Origin: Kiloniellaceae bacterium
GTDB taxonomy: Bacteria; Pseudomonadota; Alphaproteobacteria; Kiloniellales; J153
Assembly: GCA_021776215.1 (NCBI GenBank)
Contig: JAJFGI010000028.1
Location: 1-62,457 of the forward strand
Length of the DNA stretch: 62,457 nt
Reading direction: 5' to 3'
Shown piece after piece: positions 15,834-24,773 of the stretch (the stretch's first letter is position 1; each line of letters starts with the position of its first letter). Position numbers and translations under genes: made by a program. The notes beneath the pieces are model-generated. The model made no database searches and was not told the origin of the DNA. It worked only from the letters and a program-made list of their open reading frames with translations.

Positions 15834-17153
15834 TCACCGCTCGCGCAGGGCCCGCTGTTTTGCCTTCAGGATGGGCTTCAGGAGATAGTCGAGGACCGTC
15901 TTCTTGCCGGTCAGAATCTCGACCGTGGCGGTCATGCCGGGGATGATGGGCAGCTCGTTGCCCTGATGGCTCAGGGTATTGCGCTCGGTCCGCAGGTAGA
16001 CGCGGTAAAAGCTCTCGCCCTCTTCGTCGCGGATGGTATCGGCGCTGATCTGTTCCAGTTTGCTTTTCAGCCCGCCATAGATCGAGAAGTCATACGCCGC
16101 CACCTTGATCATGGATTCCTGCCCGGGGCGCAGGAAGGCGATGTCTTTCGGACGAATCCGGGCTTCCACCAGCAGGCTGTCGTCGAGCGGCACGATCTCG
16201 ACGATATCCTGTCCGGGGCGGATCACGCCGCCGACGGTGTTGACCTTGACCTCCTTCACGGTGCCGCGGACCGGCGAGCGCACCTCGGTGCGGGTGACGC
16301 GGTCCTCGCCGGCAAACAGTGTCTCGCGCACCGACTTGAACTCGGCGCGGACCTTGTTGAGCTCGTTCGACGCCTCCGCCTTGGCGGCCAGGCGCACCTG
16401 CAAAATGCGCTGGGTGGCCTCTTCCGCGGCGGTGGTCAGCCGGGGAATGCTCAGCCGGATGGTGCTGATCTCGCCTTGCAGATCGGCGACCTGGCGTTCG
16501 ATGCGCAGCAAGTCGATGCGCGGGACCACGCCGTTGCGCACCAACGGCTCGGTGATCGCCAATTCCTCGCGGGCCAACTGCAGGCTGCGTTCCAGCTGCT
16601 TGCGGCGGCTGGCCATCTCGCCGACCTCTTGCTTGCGCTGCGAGGCTTGCGCCTCGAGCACCGAGATTTGAGCCTTTAGCTGCTGACGGCGGGCCTCGAA
16701 CAAGGCCTTCTGGTCGGCGGCGGCGCCCGGCGCTTCCTTCAGGATCTCGTCGGAATACACCAGATCGTCGCCTTCCTGCTCGGCCTCCAGGCGCTGAACG
16801 GTGGCCTGCAACGTATAGTATTGGGTCTGCAGGTCGCGAAAGTTCGCCTGCGCCGCCGTGTTGTCGATGCGCAGCAAGATGCTGCCGCTCTCGACGATAT
16901 CGCCCTCATGCACCAGGATCTCGGACAGAATACCGCCTTCCAGATTCTGGATGATCTGGGTCTTGCTGGAGGGGACGATGCGACCCTCGCCCCGGGTCAC
17001 CTCATCGAGCACGGCGAAGTTCGCCCAGACCACGAAGGTGACGAAGAACAACAGGGTCATCAAAGTCAGAATATAGGCGAAGCCATGCCCGCGCCGCCGG
17101 GCGGCGGCATGCACGTCCGGCATGAAATGAAGGTCTTCGTTGCGGCTAGCCAT
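15834..17153 (-). CDS. HlyD-family type I secretion periplasmic adaptor (LapC-like)
   Basis: Track ORF, 439 aa. It has an N-terminal anchor FAYILTLMTLLFFVTFVVWANFA, a long coiled-coil, and a C-terminal barrel ending in the family-typical block TGKKTVLDYLLKPI. It starts 19 nt after the ABC gene. Confidence 0.9.
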   Translation of the reverse strand: MASRNEDLHFMPDVHAAARRRGHGFAYILTLMTLLFFVTFVVWANFAVLDEVTRGEGRIVPSSKTQIIQNLEGGILSEILVHEGDIVESGSILLRIDNTAAQANFRDLQTQYYTLQATVQRLEAEQEGDDLVYSDEILKEAPGAAADQKALFEARRQQLKAQISVLEAQASQRKQEVGEMASRRKQLERSLQLAREELAITEPLVRNGVVPRIDLLRIERQVADLQGEISTIRLSIPRLTTAAEEATQRILQVRLAAKAEASNELNKVRAEFKSVRETLFAGEDRVTRTEVRSPVRGTVKEVKVNTVGGVIRPGQDIVEIVPLDDSLLVEARIRPKDIAFLRPGQESMIKVAAYDFSIYGGLKSKLEQISADTIRDEEGESFYRVYLRTERNTLSHQGNELPIIPGMTATVEILTGKKTVLDYLLKPILKAKQRALRER

Positions 17154-17171
17154 GGGCTGTTATCCTGGCGC

Positions 17172-19652
17172 TCAGGTCTTGGCGGCGCGGATCTGGCCCT
17201 GCTTCAGGGCGTTGAGCACGTCGTCCTTGGGTCCGTCCGCGACGACCCTGCCGCCGTCGATGACCACCAGGCGATCGACCAGACTGAGCAACGAGCTGCG
17301 GTGGGTAACAAGAAGCAGCGTCTTGCCCGGCAGGATCTGCTCCAAGCGGCGCTTGAACAACGCCTCTGTCGAGTTGTCCATGTTGCTGGTCGGCTCGTCC
17401 AGCAGGATGATCGGCGGGTCGAGCAGCATGGCGCGGGCGATAACGATCGCCTGGCGCTGGCCGCCGGATAGGCCCATGCCCCGTTCGCCCACCTGCAGGT
17501 CGAAGCCGTGCGGATGGGTGCGCAAGAAATCGCTCACGCCGGCAACATGGGCCGCGCGCAAAACCGTCGCATCGTCCACGTGCGGCGCGCCGAAAGCGAT
17601 GTTGTCGCGCACCGTCCCGAAGAACAGATAGTTGTCCTGCGACACGTAGCCGACATTGCGCCGCAAATCCGCTGGATCGATCTGACGAATATCGGTGCCG
17701 TCCATGAGCACGGCGCCCTCCGCCGGCTCGTAAAGGCCGATCAGCAAGCGCGCGATGGTACTTTTGCCTGAGCCGATCCGGCCGAGGATGCCGACCTTTT
17801 CGCCCGGCTTGATCTTGAAGGAGATGCCGTCGAGCGCTGGATTTTCCTGTCCCGGATACTTGAATGAAACCTTCTGGACATTGATCTGGCCGCTGAGCCG
17901 CGGACGATGCAGGAAGCTCTTGTCCAGCGGCCGCTCGACCGGGGCCTTCATGATCGTATCCAGAGATTGCAAGGCCACCCGCGATTGCTGCAGGCGCGTC
18001 AGCATGGCGGCGATCGATCCCAGCGGGGCCAGAGCGCGACCGGTCAGAATGGTCGCCGCCACCAGGGCGCCCATGGTGATCTCCCCGGCGGCGATCAGAT
18101 GCACGCCATACACCACCACGGCGACGGTGACCAACTGGATCGACACCTGCGCGAATGTCGTCGCCAGGCCGGACAAGAAGCGCGCCTTGCCGGACGACTC
18201 GGCGGTCAGGCCGACGAAACGCTCCCAGGCGCGTTGCACCCGGCCCTCGGCCGCCGTGGCCTTGATGGTTTCCAGCCCATCGATGGTCTCGACCAGCAGG
18301 GCGTGCTTCTGGGTCGCCTCGCGATAGGTTTTTTCGACCACGCGGCGCAGCGGAAACTGCAACAGCGCGCCGACGAGAATGACGGCGGGCACTGCGGCCA
18401 GCGGGATGAAGGCGACAGGGCCGGCGACCAGCCAGATGACCGCCAGGAAAAGCAGGATGAACGGCAAATCGACCAGGGCGACCACGGTGCCGGAGGTGAA
18501 GAACTCGCGCAGCGATTCGAACTCGCGCAGGTTGTTGGCCATGGCGCCGGTGGACGGCCCCTTGCTCGCCAGTTTCATGGACATGAGCTGTTCGAGAAGG
18601 CGGCTGGCGATGATCACGTCCGCGTTCTTGCCTGCCACGTCGACGAAGTAGGTGCGGATGTTGCGCATGACGAATTCGAAGACGAAGACGATGGTTACCC
18701 CGAGCGCCAGCACCCAGAGAGTCTCCACCGCGTTGTTCGGCACCACGCGGTCATAGACGTTCATGATGAACAGCGGGCTGGCCAGGGCGAAGCTGTTGAT
18801 CAGGATCGAGGCGAGCAGGACGTGGCTGTAGATCGGCCAGAAGCCGGCCAGGGTGCCCCAGAACCACGACCGCGGCTGGCTGAGCCGGATCTCCGAGACG
18901 CGCTGGTCGAACTTGTACTCCGGCCGGGCGAATATGGCGTAGCCGGCGTATTGCGGCTCCAGCTCGACCAGATCCACGGCCTTTTTGGCGCTGCCCCCCT
19001 CCGGCAGAATGATCTCGGCCCGGCCGCCCTCCAGATAGCGCAGTAGCACGCAGGCGTTCCCGCCCTTGAGAAGAAGGATGCAGGGCAAGGTGACCGGCAG
19101 GATCTGACTCAGCTTGGACCGCCGGGTGATGCGGGCGTCCAGGCCGGCCCGCGCGGCAGCGCGCACCGCCATCTCCGGGCTGAAGCGGTGGTCTTGCGGC
19201 AGACCGGCCCGCAACGCCTCGGCGGAGATGGGGCGCTGCAGCAGGGTCGCCAGGGTCGTCAGGGTGGCCAGAAGCGGCTCGATGAAATCGACCGCCGACG
19301 GCGCGACCTGCCAGTCATGCGGACCCTCTATGATCTGGTCTTTGGAGAGCGGGGGACCGTCTGCCGGTGTGTGGGCGGCAGCGGGCTTGGCGCCGATCGC
19401 ACTGACAGGGGCAGGTCCCGTTCCGCTGTCGGCCTTGTTGCCGGCGACAGCGGACGTTTCCCGGCCGGCCGTGGCAATTCGGCCACGGACCTGTGCAATA
19501 CCCTGGGGTTCGTGAGGGGGAGCTCCCGTCAGCGCCGTCTTGGCGGTTGCGCGGGCCAAGCGATCCGCCGAGAGTCCACCGGTTTCGTCCTTATTGGCTG
19601 CCATGCAGGCGCGTTGCCTTCTTGTAATGTCGTTTGGTTCGATCCACGGCAC
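17172..19652 (-). CDS. Type I secretion ABC transporter (permease/ATPase with an N-terminal C39-like domain; LapB-like)
   Basis: Track ORF, 826 aa. Walker A is GRIGSGKST, the signature is LSGGQRQ, and Walker B is ILLDEPTS. It has six TM segments and a C39-like domain region (LPCILLLKGGNACVLL). An Ala/Pro/Gly-rich N-terminal extension of roughly 110 aa precedes this. The true start is uncertain; an alternative Met lies at 19604. Confidence 0.9.
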   Translation of the reverse strand: MPWIEPNDITRRQRACMAANKDETGGLSADRLARATAKTALTGAPPHEPQGIAQVRGRIATAGRETSAVAGNKADSGTGPAPVSAIGAKPAAAHTPADGPPLSKDQIIEGPHDWQVAPSAVDFIEPLLATLTTLATLLQRPISAEALRAGLPQDHRFSPEMAVRAAARAGLDARITRRSKLSQILPVTLPCILLLKGGNACVLLRYLEGGRAEIILPEGGSAKKAVDLVELEPQYAGYAIFARPEYKFDQRVSEIRLSQPRSWFWGTLAGFWPIYSHVLLASILINSFALASPLFIMNVYDRVVPNNAVETLWVLALGVTIVFVFEFVMRNIRTYFVDVAGKNADVIIASRLLEQLMSMKLASKGPSTGAMANNLREFESLREFFTSGTVVALVDLPFILLFLAVIWLVAGPVAFIPLAAVPAVILVGALLQFPLRRVVEKTYREATQKHALLVETIDGLETIKATAAEGRVQRAWERFVGLTAESSGKARFLSGLATTFAQVSIQLVTVAVVVYGVHLIAAGEITMGALVAATILTGRALAPLGSIAAMLTRLQQSRVALQSLDTIMKAPVERPLDKSFLHRPRLSGQINVQKVSFKYPGQENPALDGISFKIKPGEKVGILGRIGSGKSTIARLLIGLYEPAEGAVLMDGTDIRQIDPADLRRNVGYVSQDNYLFFGTVRDNIAFGAPHVDDATVLRAAHVAGVSDFLRTHPHGFDLQVGERGMGLSGGQRQAIVIARAMLLDPPIILLDEPTSNMDNSTEALFKRRLEQILPGKTLLLVTHRSSLLSLVDRLVVIDGGRVVADGPKDDVLNALKQGQIRAAKT

Positions 19653-19901
19653 CCACCCCTGGCCATGCCGGCACCTTGTGTGTCACCGGGCGGTTCGCCA
19701 TGCCTTCGTGCCGCGGCAACCTATCGCCGAACGCACTGCCGCGCCGATGGGTTCCGTCTAGGCTTAGCCTAAGAAATTTCGGAAAAGGTTAATGTATTTC
19801 GCGCTCCGGTGGCTAGACCTAGTATGGGACCGGATGGCCTATTAAGGGCTAAAACCGCCCCAATGTTACACAATTGCCGTCTTTGCCGGGTCCTGGTATG
19901 A

Positions 19902-19917
19902 TTAACGGTTAATTAAC
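19902..19917. promoter_or_regulatory. TTAA-N7-TTAAC motif (CtrA-box-like) in the divergent T1SS promoter region
   Basis: The sequence TTAACGGTTAATTAAC was read directly. It lies about 145 nt upstream of the TolC-family start and about 250 nt upstream of the ABC gene start. Confidence 0.35.
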
Positions 19918-20060
19918 GGGCCAAGTGAAGGATGGGCTCAACGCGTTGACTTTTTGGCGAAACCCGGCGTAATACATGCTCCATTTGTGGCATGTCTGGT
20001 CAGGTATTGGCCATAAGCGGGCCCACAAGCTGGATGTGCAAGGGTAAACGGGGGAACACT

Positions 20061-21446
20061 ATGCGTTGGTCGCACAGAAGACTGACCTATCACTTTAGAG
20101 CGGCGCTTCTGGGAACTGCGTTGGTCATTCCCGGCGCGTTCGCTGCCCAGGCGATGAGCCTGAAAGAGGCGATTCAGCTCGCCATATCCACCAATCCGGA
20201 TATCGGCATCGTCGCGAGCAATCGCGAGGCTGTGGACGAGGAGCTGAGACAGGCGCGGGGCCTGTATCTGCCGCAGATCGACCTGGCCGCAGGAATCGGC
20301 AAGGAGCGCACCAATGATCGGACGACACGGGCGCGGGCTGGCGGCTCCACGGATGGGTTGACCCTGACCCGGCAGGAAGCATCGTTGACGCTGCAGCAGC
20401 GAATCTTCGACGGTTACGAGACGGACAGCACGGTGCGGCGCGAAAAGGCTCGAGTCGAGTCGGCGGCCAGGCGCGTTGCCGAGAACAGCGAGTTCCTGGC
20501 ACTGGACGCGATCGGGGCCTACGTCGAGGTGCTGCGCCAGCGGGAGTTGGTGCGGTTGGCCGAGGAGAACCTGCGGGTTCATTCCGGCATCCTCGGCTCG
20601 CTGAGACAGCGCTTGGAGGGTGGCGGCGGCAGCCGCGCCGATGTGGCCCAGACCGAGGCGCGCAATTCGCGTGCCCGGGCCACGATTACGCAAACGCTCA
20701 ATGATTTGCGGGATGCCGAGGCCGCCTTTACCCGTATCGTCGGCCAGTTCCCCGACGCGTTGGAATCGCCGGAGTTTCCCACGGGCGTGTTGCCGGGGGA
20801 TCTGGATGCGGCGGTCGGGCTGGCAGGCACCAACAACCCGACCACCCGAATCTTCGAGGCGGACGTGCGCTCCGCCGATGCCGAGGTTTCGGTCGCCGAG
20901 GTACCGTTCTATCCGGCCGTCTCGCTGGAGGCGCAGTCGGAGTACAACGACGGGCGCGACGGTATCAACAGTTACGAGTTCAACAATCAGGTGATGCTGC
21001 GCGTCCGCTGGAATCTGTTCCGCGGCGGCATCGACCGGGCGGCGCGGCAAGAGGCCCTGGCGCGTTTGTCGGAGAGCAAGAACCGCCGCCTGCGGTCGTA
21101 CCTCGAGGCGCAGCAGGAAATGCGTCAGTCCTGGTTCGCCCTCGAAGCCAGTCGGCAGCGAGTCGAGGATCTGTCGGATTCGGTCAGGTTCAATATGGAA
21201 ACCCGGGACGCCTATCGGCAACAGTTCGAGGTGGCGCAGCGGACCCTGCTCGACGTCCTCGATGCCGAGAACGAGCTTTTTGTCTCAAGCGGCCAACTCG
21301 TGACAGCCCAGACCAACGAGATCTTGGCGTCCTACCGCATTCTGGCGGTTTCGGGGGCGCTGCTGACCACCCTGGGCGTGCCAGCGCCGGAGCAGGCCGT
21401 CGTCGAAGACAAGACATGGCTGCAAGGCATCGGCGTTGCTGATTAG
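20061..21446 (+). CDS. TolC-family outer-membrane channel of the type I secretion system (LapE-like)
   Basis: Track ORF 19992..21446. The start was chosen at MRWSHRRL... (SD gggggaa), with signal peptide ...LVIPGAFAAQA. The internally duplicated TolC architecture is visible (LKEAIQLAISTNPDI..., later AVGLAGTNNPT...). Confidence 0.85.
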   Translation: MRWSHRRLTYHFRAALLGTALVIPGAFAAQAMSLKEAIQLAISTNPDIGIVASNREAVDEELRQARGLYLPQIDLAAGIGKERTNDRTTRARAGGSTDGLTLTRQEASLTLQQRIFDGYETDSTVRREKARVESAARRVAENSEFLALDAIGAYVEVLRQRELVRLAEENLRVHSGILGSLRQRLEGGGGSRADVAQTEARNSRARATITQTLNDLRDAEAAFTRIVGQFPDALESPEFPTGVLPGDLDAAVGLAGTNNPTTRIFEADVRSADAEVSVAEVPFYPAVSLEAQSEYNDGRDGINSYEFNNQVMLRVRWNLFRGGIDRAARQEALARLSESKNRRLRSYLEAQQEMRQSWFALEASRQRVEDLSDSVRFNMETRDAYRQQFEVAQRTLLDVLDAENELFVSSGQLVTAQTNEILASYRILAVSGALLTTLGVPAPEQAVVEDKTWLQGIGVAD

Positions 21447-21501
21447 CGGCTGGGATTAACAATCGGTCGGGCGGTTCAGCCGCCGCAACCTTCCGTGCTA
21501 T

Positions 21502-21540
21502 AGCGGCGCCGGCTGACCAGCCGGCGCCGCTATTATTTTG
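21502..21540 (+). terminator. Rho-independent terminator after the TolC-family gene
   Basis: A perfect 14-bp stem TAGCGGCGCCGGCT/AGCCGGCGCCGCTA with loop GACC, followed by TTATTTT. Confidence 0.85.
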
Positions 21541-21683
21541 CCTCGGATAGCAATTAAGTTGTTGTAATATGAAAACAAATCATTCGAACGGCCGATGGCG
21601 GAAGTGATTGAGTTTGATGCCGGCACGGGATATAGTCATTTGCCTAGAATGCTATGATTCCGGACGGTTGCGGTCGATCTCAT

Positions 21684-22055
21684 ATGGTTAACGCAGAGAC
21701 ATCCAAGGGGACCGCGGGGGCGACAGAGTCCCTTGCCGATCTGATCGATGCGGTGCCCGAGGTTCTGGTCATGGCGCCGAGCGACGGTGTGGCGTCGCCG
21801 GCGCTCGAGACATTGTCCTTGGCCCTCGGCGACCTGCTGCCTGACGCAGCGGGCGAGGTGGTGCTCATGGGGGGTGACGAAGTTCCGCTGAGCATCCATG
21901 CCGCCGAGGCGGTGACCGCCGAAGGCATCGCCGATGCGCATATCACCGCGGGTGGGCTGGATGTAACCGGATTGCACTTTTACAGCTTCGAGAGCGGGAT
22001 TACGCTCTACAGCCTCACGGATCTGGTGATCGACAACGCCGCCGGTTCTGTCTGA
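21684..22055 (+). CDS. Hypothetical small acidic protein (123 aa from the second Met), unknown function
   Basis: Track ORF 21654..22055. Third codon positions are GC-rich, as in real genes here. It is Cys-free from the Met at 21684 and lies after an AT-rich region. I recognise no family. Confidence 0.35.
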   Translation: MVNAETSKGTAGATESLADLIDAVPEVLVMAPSDGVASPALETLSLALGDLLPDAAGEVVLMGGDEVPLSIHAAEAVTAEGIADAHITAGGLDVTGLHFYSFESGITLYSLTDLVIDNAAGSV

Positions 22056-22089
22056 CGCCCGCGTTCCTATCACCCTCGCATTCACGGCT

Positions 22090-22734
22090 TTAGCCGGTCG
22101 CGCTCGGCGGTGCCGTGCGAATACCCGACGCCAGCCACAGCACGGCGTAGAAGATCGCCGTCTCGGGTTCGCGCAGGGCCAGCAGGCGGGCGCCGGCGGC
22201 GACCACGCGCCCTGGCTCCACATGCAACACGTTGATGTCGGCGCGGGCCAGCGCGCCACTTAGTAAGCCGTCCCAGATTTCATTCAGCGGTCGCCGGGTC
22301 CTGACCTGTATGACCGATGTGAGCTCGGCACCGCCCAGGGGCTTGTGTCCCGGCCCGAGCCACTGCGCCAAGCTCTCGTTGTAGGCAATGATGGTGCGCT
22401 GGCGGGATAGCACCAGCCCAGGGCTGGTGCATTCGGTGACCAGATCCACCAGGCTGCCGTGGCTGGGCCGCAGGCTGGCGCGGGCCAGCGATTGCCCGGC
22501 ATCGAGCATGCAGACGACCCGCAGATGGGAGGCGAAATTGGCCCCGCGATAGGTGGTCGCGTGCTCCGCGACAAAGCGGCCAAGGCGCATGCCTTGGCGC
22601 TCCGCCAGCGCGTCCAAGGCCTGCCAGAACACCGGTTCCAGGCGGATCGAAAAGCGCCGGCCGCGGTGCTGCACGATGCGGGGCTTGGGGGTCTGATCGC
22701 CGATCGCAGCGGCAGGGGTCTGCGCCATCGTCAT
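22090..22734 (-). CDS. Ribbon-helix-helix (RHH_4-type) domain protein with a PAS-like C-terminal extension
   Basis: Track ORF, 214 aa. The N-terminal block RRFSIRLEPVFWQALDALAERQGMRLGRFVAEH...NFASHLRVVCM matches the alphaproteobacterial RHH_4 pattern (SIRLE..FW.AL..IA......NFAS.LRV.C) that I recall. About 130 further residues are of unknown type. Confidence 0.6.
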   Translation of the reverse strand: MTMAQTPAAAIGDQTPKPRIVQHRGRRFSIRLEPVFWQALDALAERQGMRLGRFVAEHATTYRGANFASHLRVVCMLDAGQSLARASLRPSHGSLVDLVTECTSPGLVLSRQRTIIAYNESLAQWLGPGHKPLGGAELTSVIQVRTRRPLNEIWDGLLSGALARADINVLHVEPGRVVAAGARLLALREPETAIFYAVLWLASGIRTAPPSATG

Positions 22735-22746
22735 CCATCAGGGACG

Positions 22747-22771
22747 AAAAAAAACGGGCACTCGCGCCCGT
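22747..22771 (-). terminator. Rho-independent terminator (minus strand) after the 114-aa gene
   Basis: The minus strand reads ACGGGC-GCGAGT-GCCCGT followed by T8. Confidence 0.75.
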
Positions 22772-22837
22772 AAAGCTCATACAATATTATATAGATTTAC
22801 GCAAGGGCCGCGGCAACGGTGGGGCCCCAGACCAGAT

Positions 22838-23182
22838 TCAGGGCAGTGAGACCTCGTCGAGGCCGGCAACGATTTCGCCTAGATCCGAGAGCTTGCTGCG
22901 CAACTCGTAGCGCCGCGATAGTTTCTGCTGGGCCTGGGGCGGCAGGTCGGTGAGCACGATGATCCGCTTGTCGATCAGGACGGCGATGAGGTCCTCGAGC
23001 ACCCGAATCATATCAAGATCGGATGCCGCCAGGGCGTTGTGCAAGCCGTCGCTGGCGCGGGCGCGGACGAGAAAGGCCAACAGCGTCGGATCGCCGGGCT
23101 GTAGCTCTTCCGTGGCTTCTGCCGACTCGTGGGCGAGAAGCTTGATGATTTGGCCGGACTCGTCGCGGACGACGTAGGGCAT
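22838..23182 (-). CDS. Conserved hypothetical protein (114 aa)
   Basis: Track ORF. The block SDLDMIRVLEDLIAVLIDKRIIVLTDLPPQAQQKL resembles a small proteobacterial family I recall being mis-annotated as tryptophan synthase beta-like. It has its own terminator. Confidence 0.55.
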   Translation of the reverse strand: MPYVVRDESGQIIKLLAHESAEATEELQPGDPTLLAFLVRARASDGLHNALAASDLDMIRVLEDLIAVLIDKRIIVLTDLPPQAQQKLSRRYELRSKLSDLGEIVAGLDEVSLP

Positions 23183-23327
23183 TTCCGATCTCCTGCGAGA
23201 TCGGCAACCGTACGGTCGGACTGGTTAAGGGAAGGTGACCCCTCAACGTGCAGAGGCGGCGGACAGGCGGCGGACAGGCGGCGGGCCGCCGGATTTGGCG
23301 CGCCCGCGACGCCCGATCGCCCGTAGC

Positions 23328-23711
23328 TTACATGGCTTCCTGCTCGAGGTACGCGATCAGGTCCTCGATGTCGTCCTCCTTCTTGAGGCCGGCGAAGACC
23401 ATCTTGGTCCCGGGCACCATCTCCTTCGGATTCTTGAGATAGGTCTCGAGAGTGTCTTTTTCCCAGGTAATGCCGGACTCCTTCATGGCGTCGGAGTATT
23501 TGAACCCCTCGGCCGTCCCGGCAGCCCGTCCAAAGAGCCCGTGCAGGCTAGGCCCGACCCGGTTCTTACCAGCCTCCAGGGTGTGGCAGGCCTTACACTT
23601 GTTGAAGACCTTCTTGCCCTTATCCGCGTCGCCGTCGGCGTGGGCTACCCCGGCGCCAAGTGCAACTGTTAGCCCCAGGGCGACTAGGGCGGGCACAACT
23701 CTCCGCTTCAT
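23328..23711 (-). CDS. Class I c-type cytochrome (c2/c550-like), periplasmic
   Basis: Track ORF, 127 aa. It has a signal peptide, the heme motif CKACH, and the distal Met region [11 protein letters not shown] with DIEDLIAYL. Confidence 0.85.
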   Translation of the reverse strand: MKRRVVPALVALGLTVALGAGVAHADGDADKGKKVFNKCKACHTLEAGKNRVGPSLHGLFGRAAGTAEGFKYSDAMKESGITWEKDTLETYLKNPKEMVPGTKMVFAGLKKEDDIEDLIAYLEQEAM

Positions 23712-23825
23712 GGATTGGTTCCTCCTCGGGTGATGGCAGAGACAGATATTTACTGGACTTGTCCGGCACTTTCCAGCCCTGGTCTTTCATTTTCTGTTAC
23801 CGCCCGCTGCTATAGTGCCAAGGCT

Positions 23826-24347
23826 ATGGGATACAACTGGAAAACGGTGGCTTCCTGGGCCGTCGGCCTGACCCTCGGCGTGTCGGTCGCCGCCCTGCCG
23901 GGCACCGCGGCCGTCGCCGAGGAGATTGTCGGCAAGCCGCGGGTTGTCGATGGCGATACCCTTGATTTCTCCGGCCGTGTGGTCCGGCTGTTCGGTATCG
24001 ATGCCTTGGAGATCGACCAGGCCTGCGGCGCCGATGGGCGCTATTGGGCCTGTGGCAAGGAGGCCCATTGGGCGGCCCTGAACCGGGCCAGTCCGCACTG
24101 GGTGACCTGCGTCGTTCGCGCTCGATTGGACGACGGATCCATGGCGGCGGTTTGCTACCTTGCCGGGGCTGGGCAGGTCGATCTGAACGCTTGGCTGGTG
24201 GGTCAGGGCTGGGCGTTCGCCGACCGGGACGCGACCGACGATTACGTCGCCGCCGAGGATGCCGCCCGCCGCGCCGGCCGCGGCCTGTGGCGCGGCACGT
24301 TCGTGACGCCCTGGGACTGGCGGGCCGGACGCCGGCTATCGCCCTGA
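23826..24347 (+). CDS. Secreted thermonuclease (SNase-like) family protein
   Basis: Track ORF 23715..24347. The start was chosen at MGYNWKTVASWAVGLTLGVSVAALPGTAAVA. The blocks VVDGDTLDF...VRLFGIDALE and GLWRGTFVTPWDWR are typical of SNase/ExoI-like nucleases. Confidence 0.75.
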   Translation: MGYNWKTVASWAVGLTLGVSVAALPGTAAVAEEIVGKPRVVDGDTLDFSGRVVRLFGIDALEIDQACGADGRYWACGKEAHWAALNRASPHWVTCVVRARLDDGSMAAVCYLAGAGQVDLNAWLVGQGWAFADRDATDDYVAAEDAARRAGRGLWRGTFVTPWDWRAGRRLSP

Positions 24348-24773
24348 GCGCGGCCGCACCAGGGCGCTGAAACGCGCATTTCGGCCAGGATTCTGCGGCC
24401 TGCTTCCTGAAACCGCTCGCCGGCGTCGTAGGCGTCCACCAGAATGGGCCAGTTCCACTCGACGATATCCAGACACTCGACAAAGGGCGCTTGGCTGCGG
24501 TTGGCCACATAGGCGGCGACGCCGCGGCGGTAACGCCCGATGCGAAAGAACGGTTTGCTCTCGGCTCGGAGTGTGCTCATCACTCTCCCACTGATCCGTC
24601 GCAAGGCGCGCGCCCGGGTTCAAAGAGGGCGAGGTACCCGCGATCCCCGGATTCACCAACCATGCCAGGGATTCGCGGGCCGACCAGGGCCTGTGGAGGA
24701 AAATTCACGAACTGCGACGAAAACTCAGGGAGGATTCGGCTAAGAAAAACAAGAATCTTGCGCTCGTTGCCGG

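Noticed and set aside
19938-21221. 427-aa minus-strand ORF
   Set aside because: It is antisense to the TolC-family gene. It has no motifs, and its frame is kept open by GC bias.
23254-23285. Short tandem repeat AGGCGGCGGAC, about 3 copies, in the intergenic region before the 114-aa gene
   Set aside because: It is very short, GC-rich and low-complexity, of the kind slippage generates. It has no flanking structure or coding context suggesting function. It is noted only as a possible minor length-variable tract.
24242-24604. 120-aa minus-strand ORF treated as a candidate gene
   Set aside because: The first ~75 codons after the Met at 24580 look coding-like. The remainder is an Arg/Pro-rich read-through overlapping the convergent nuclease gene by about 105 nt, and I recognise no family. 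I treated it as a possible remnant (see the gene-decay finding) rather than annotating a CDS.
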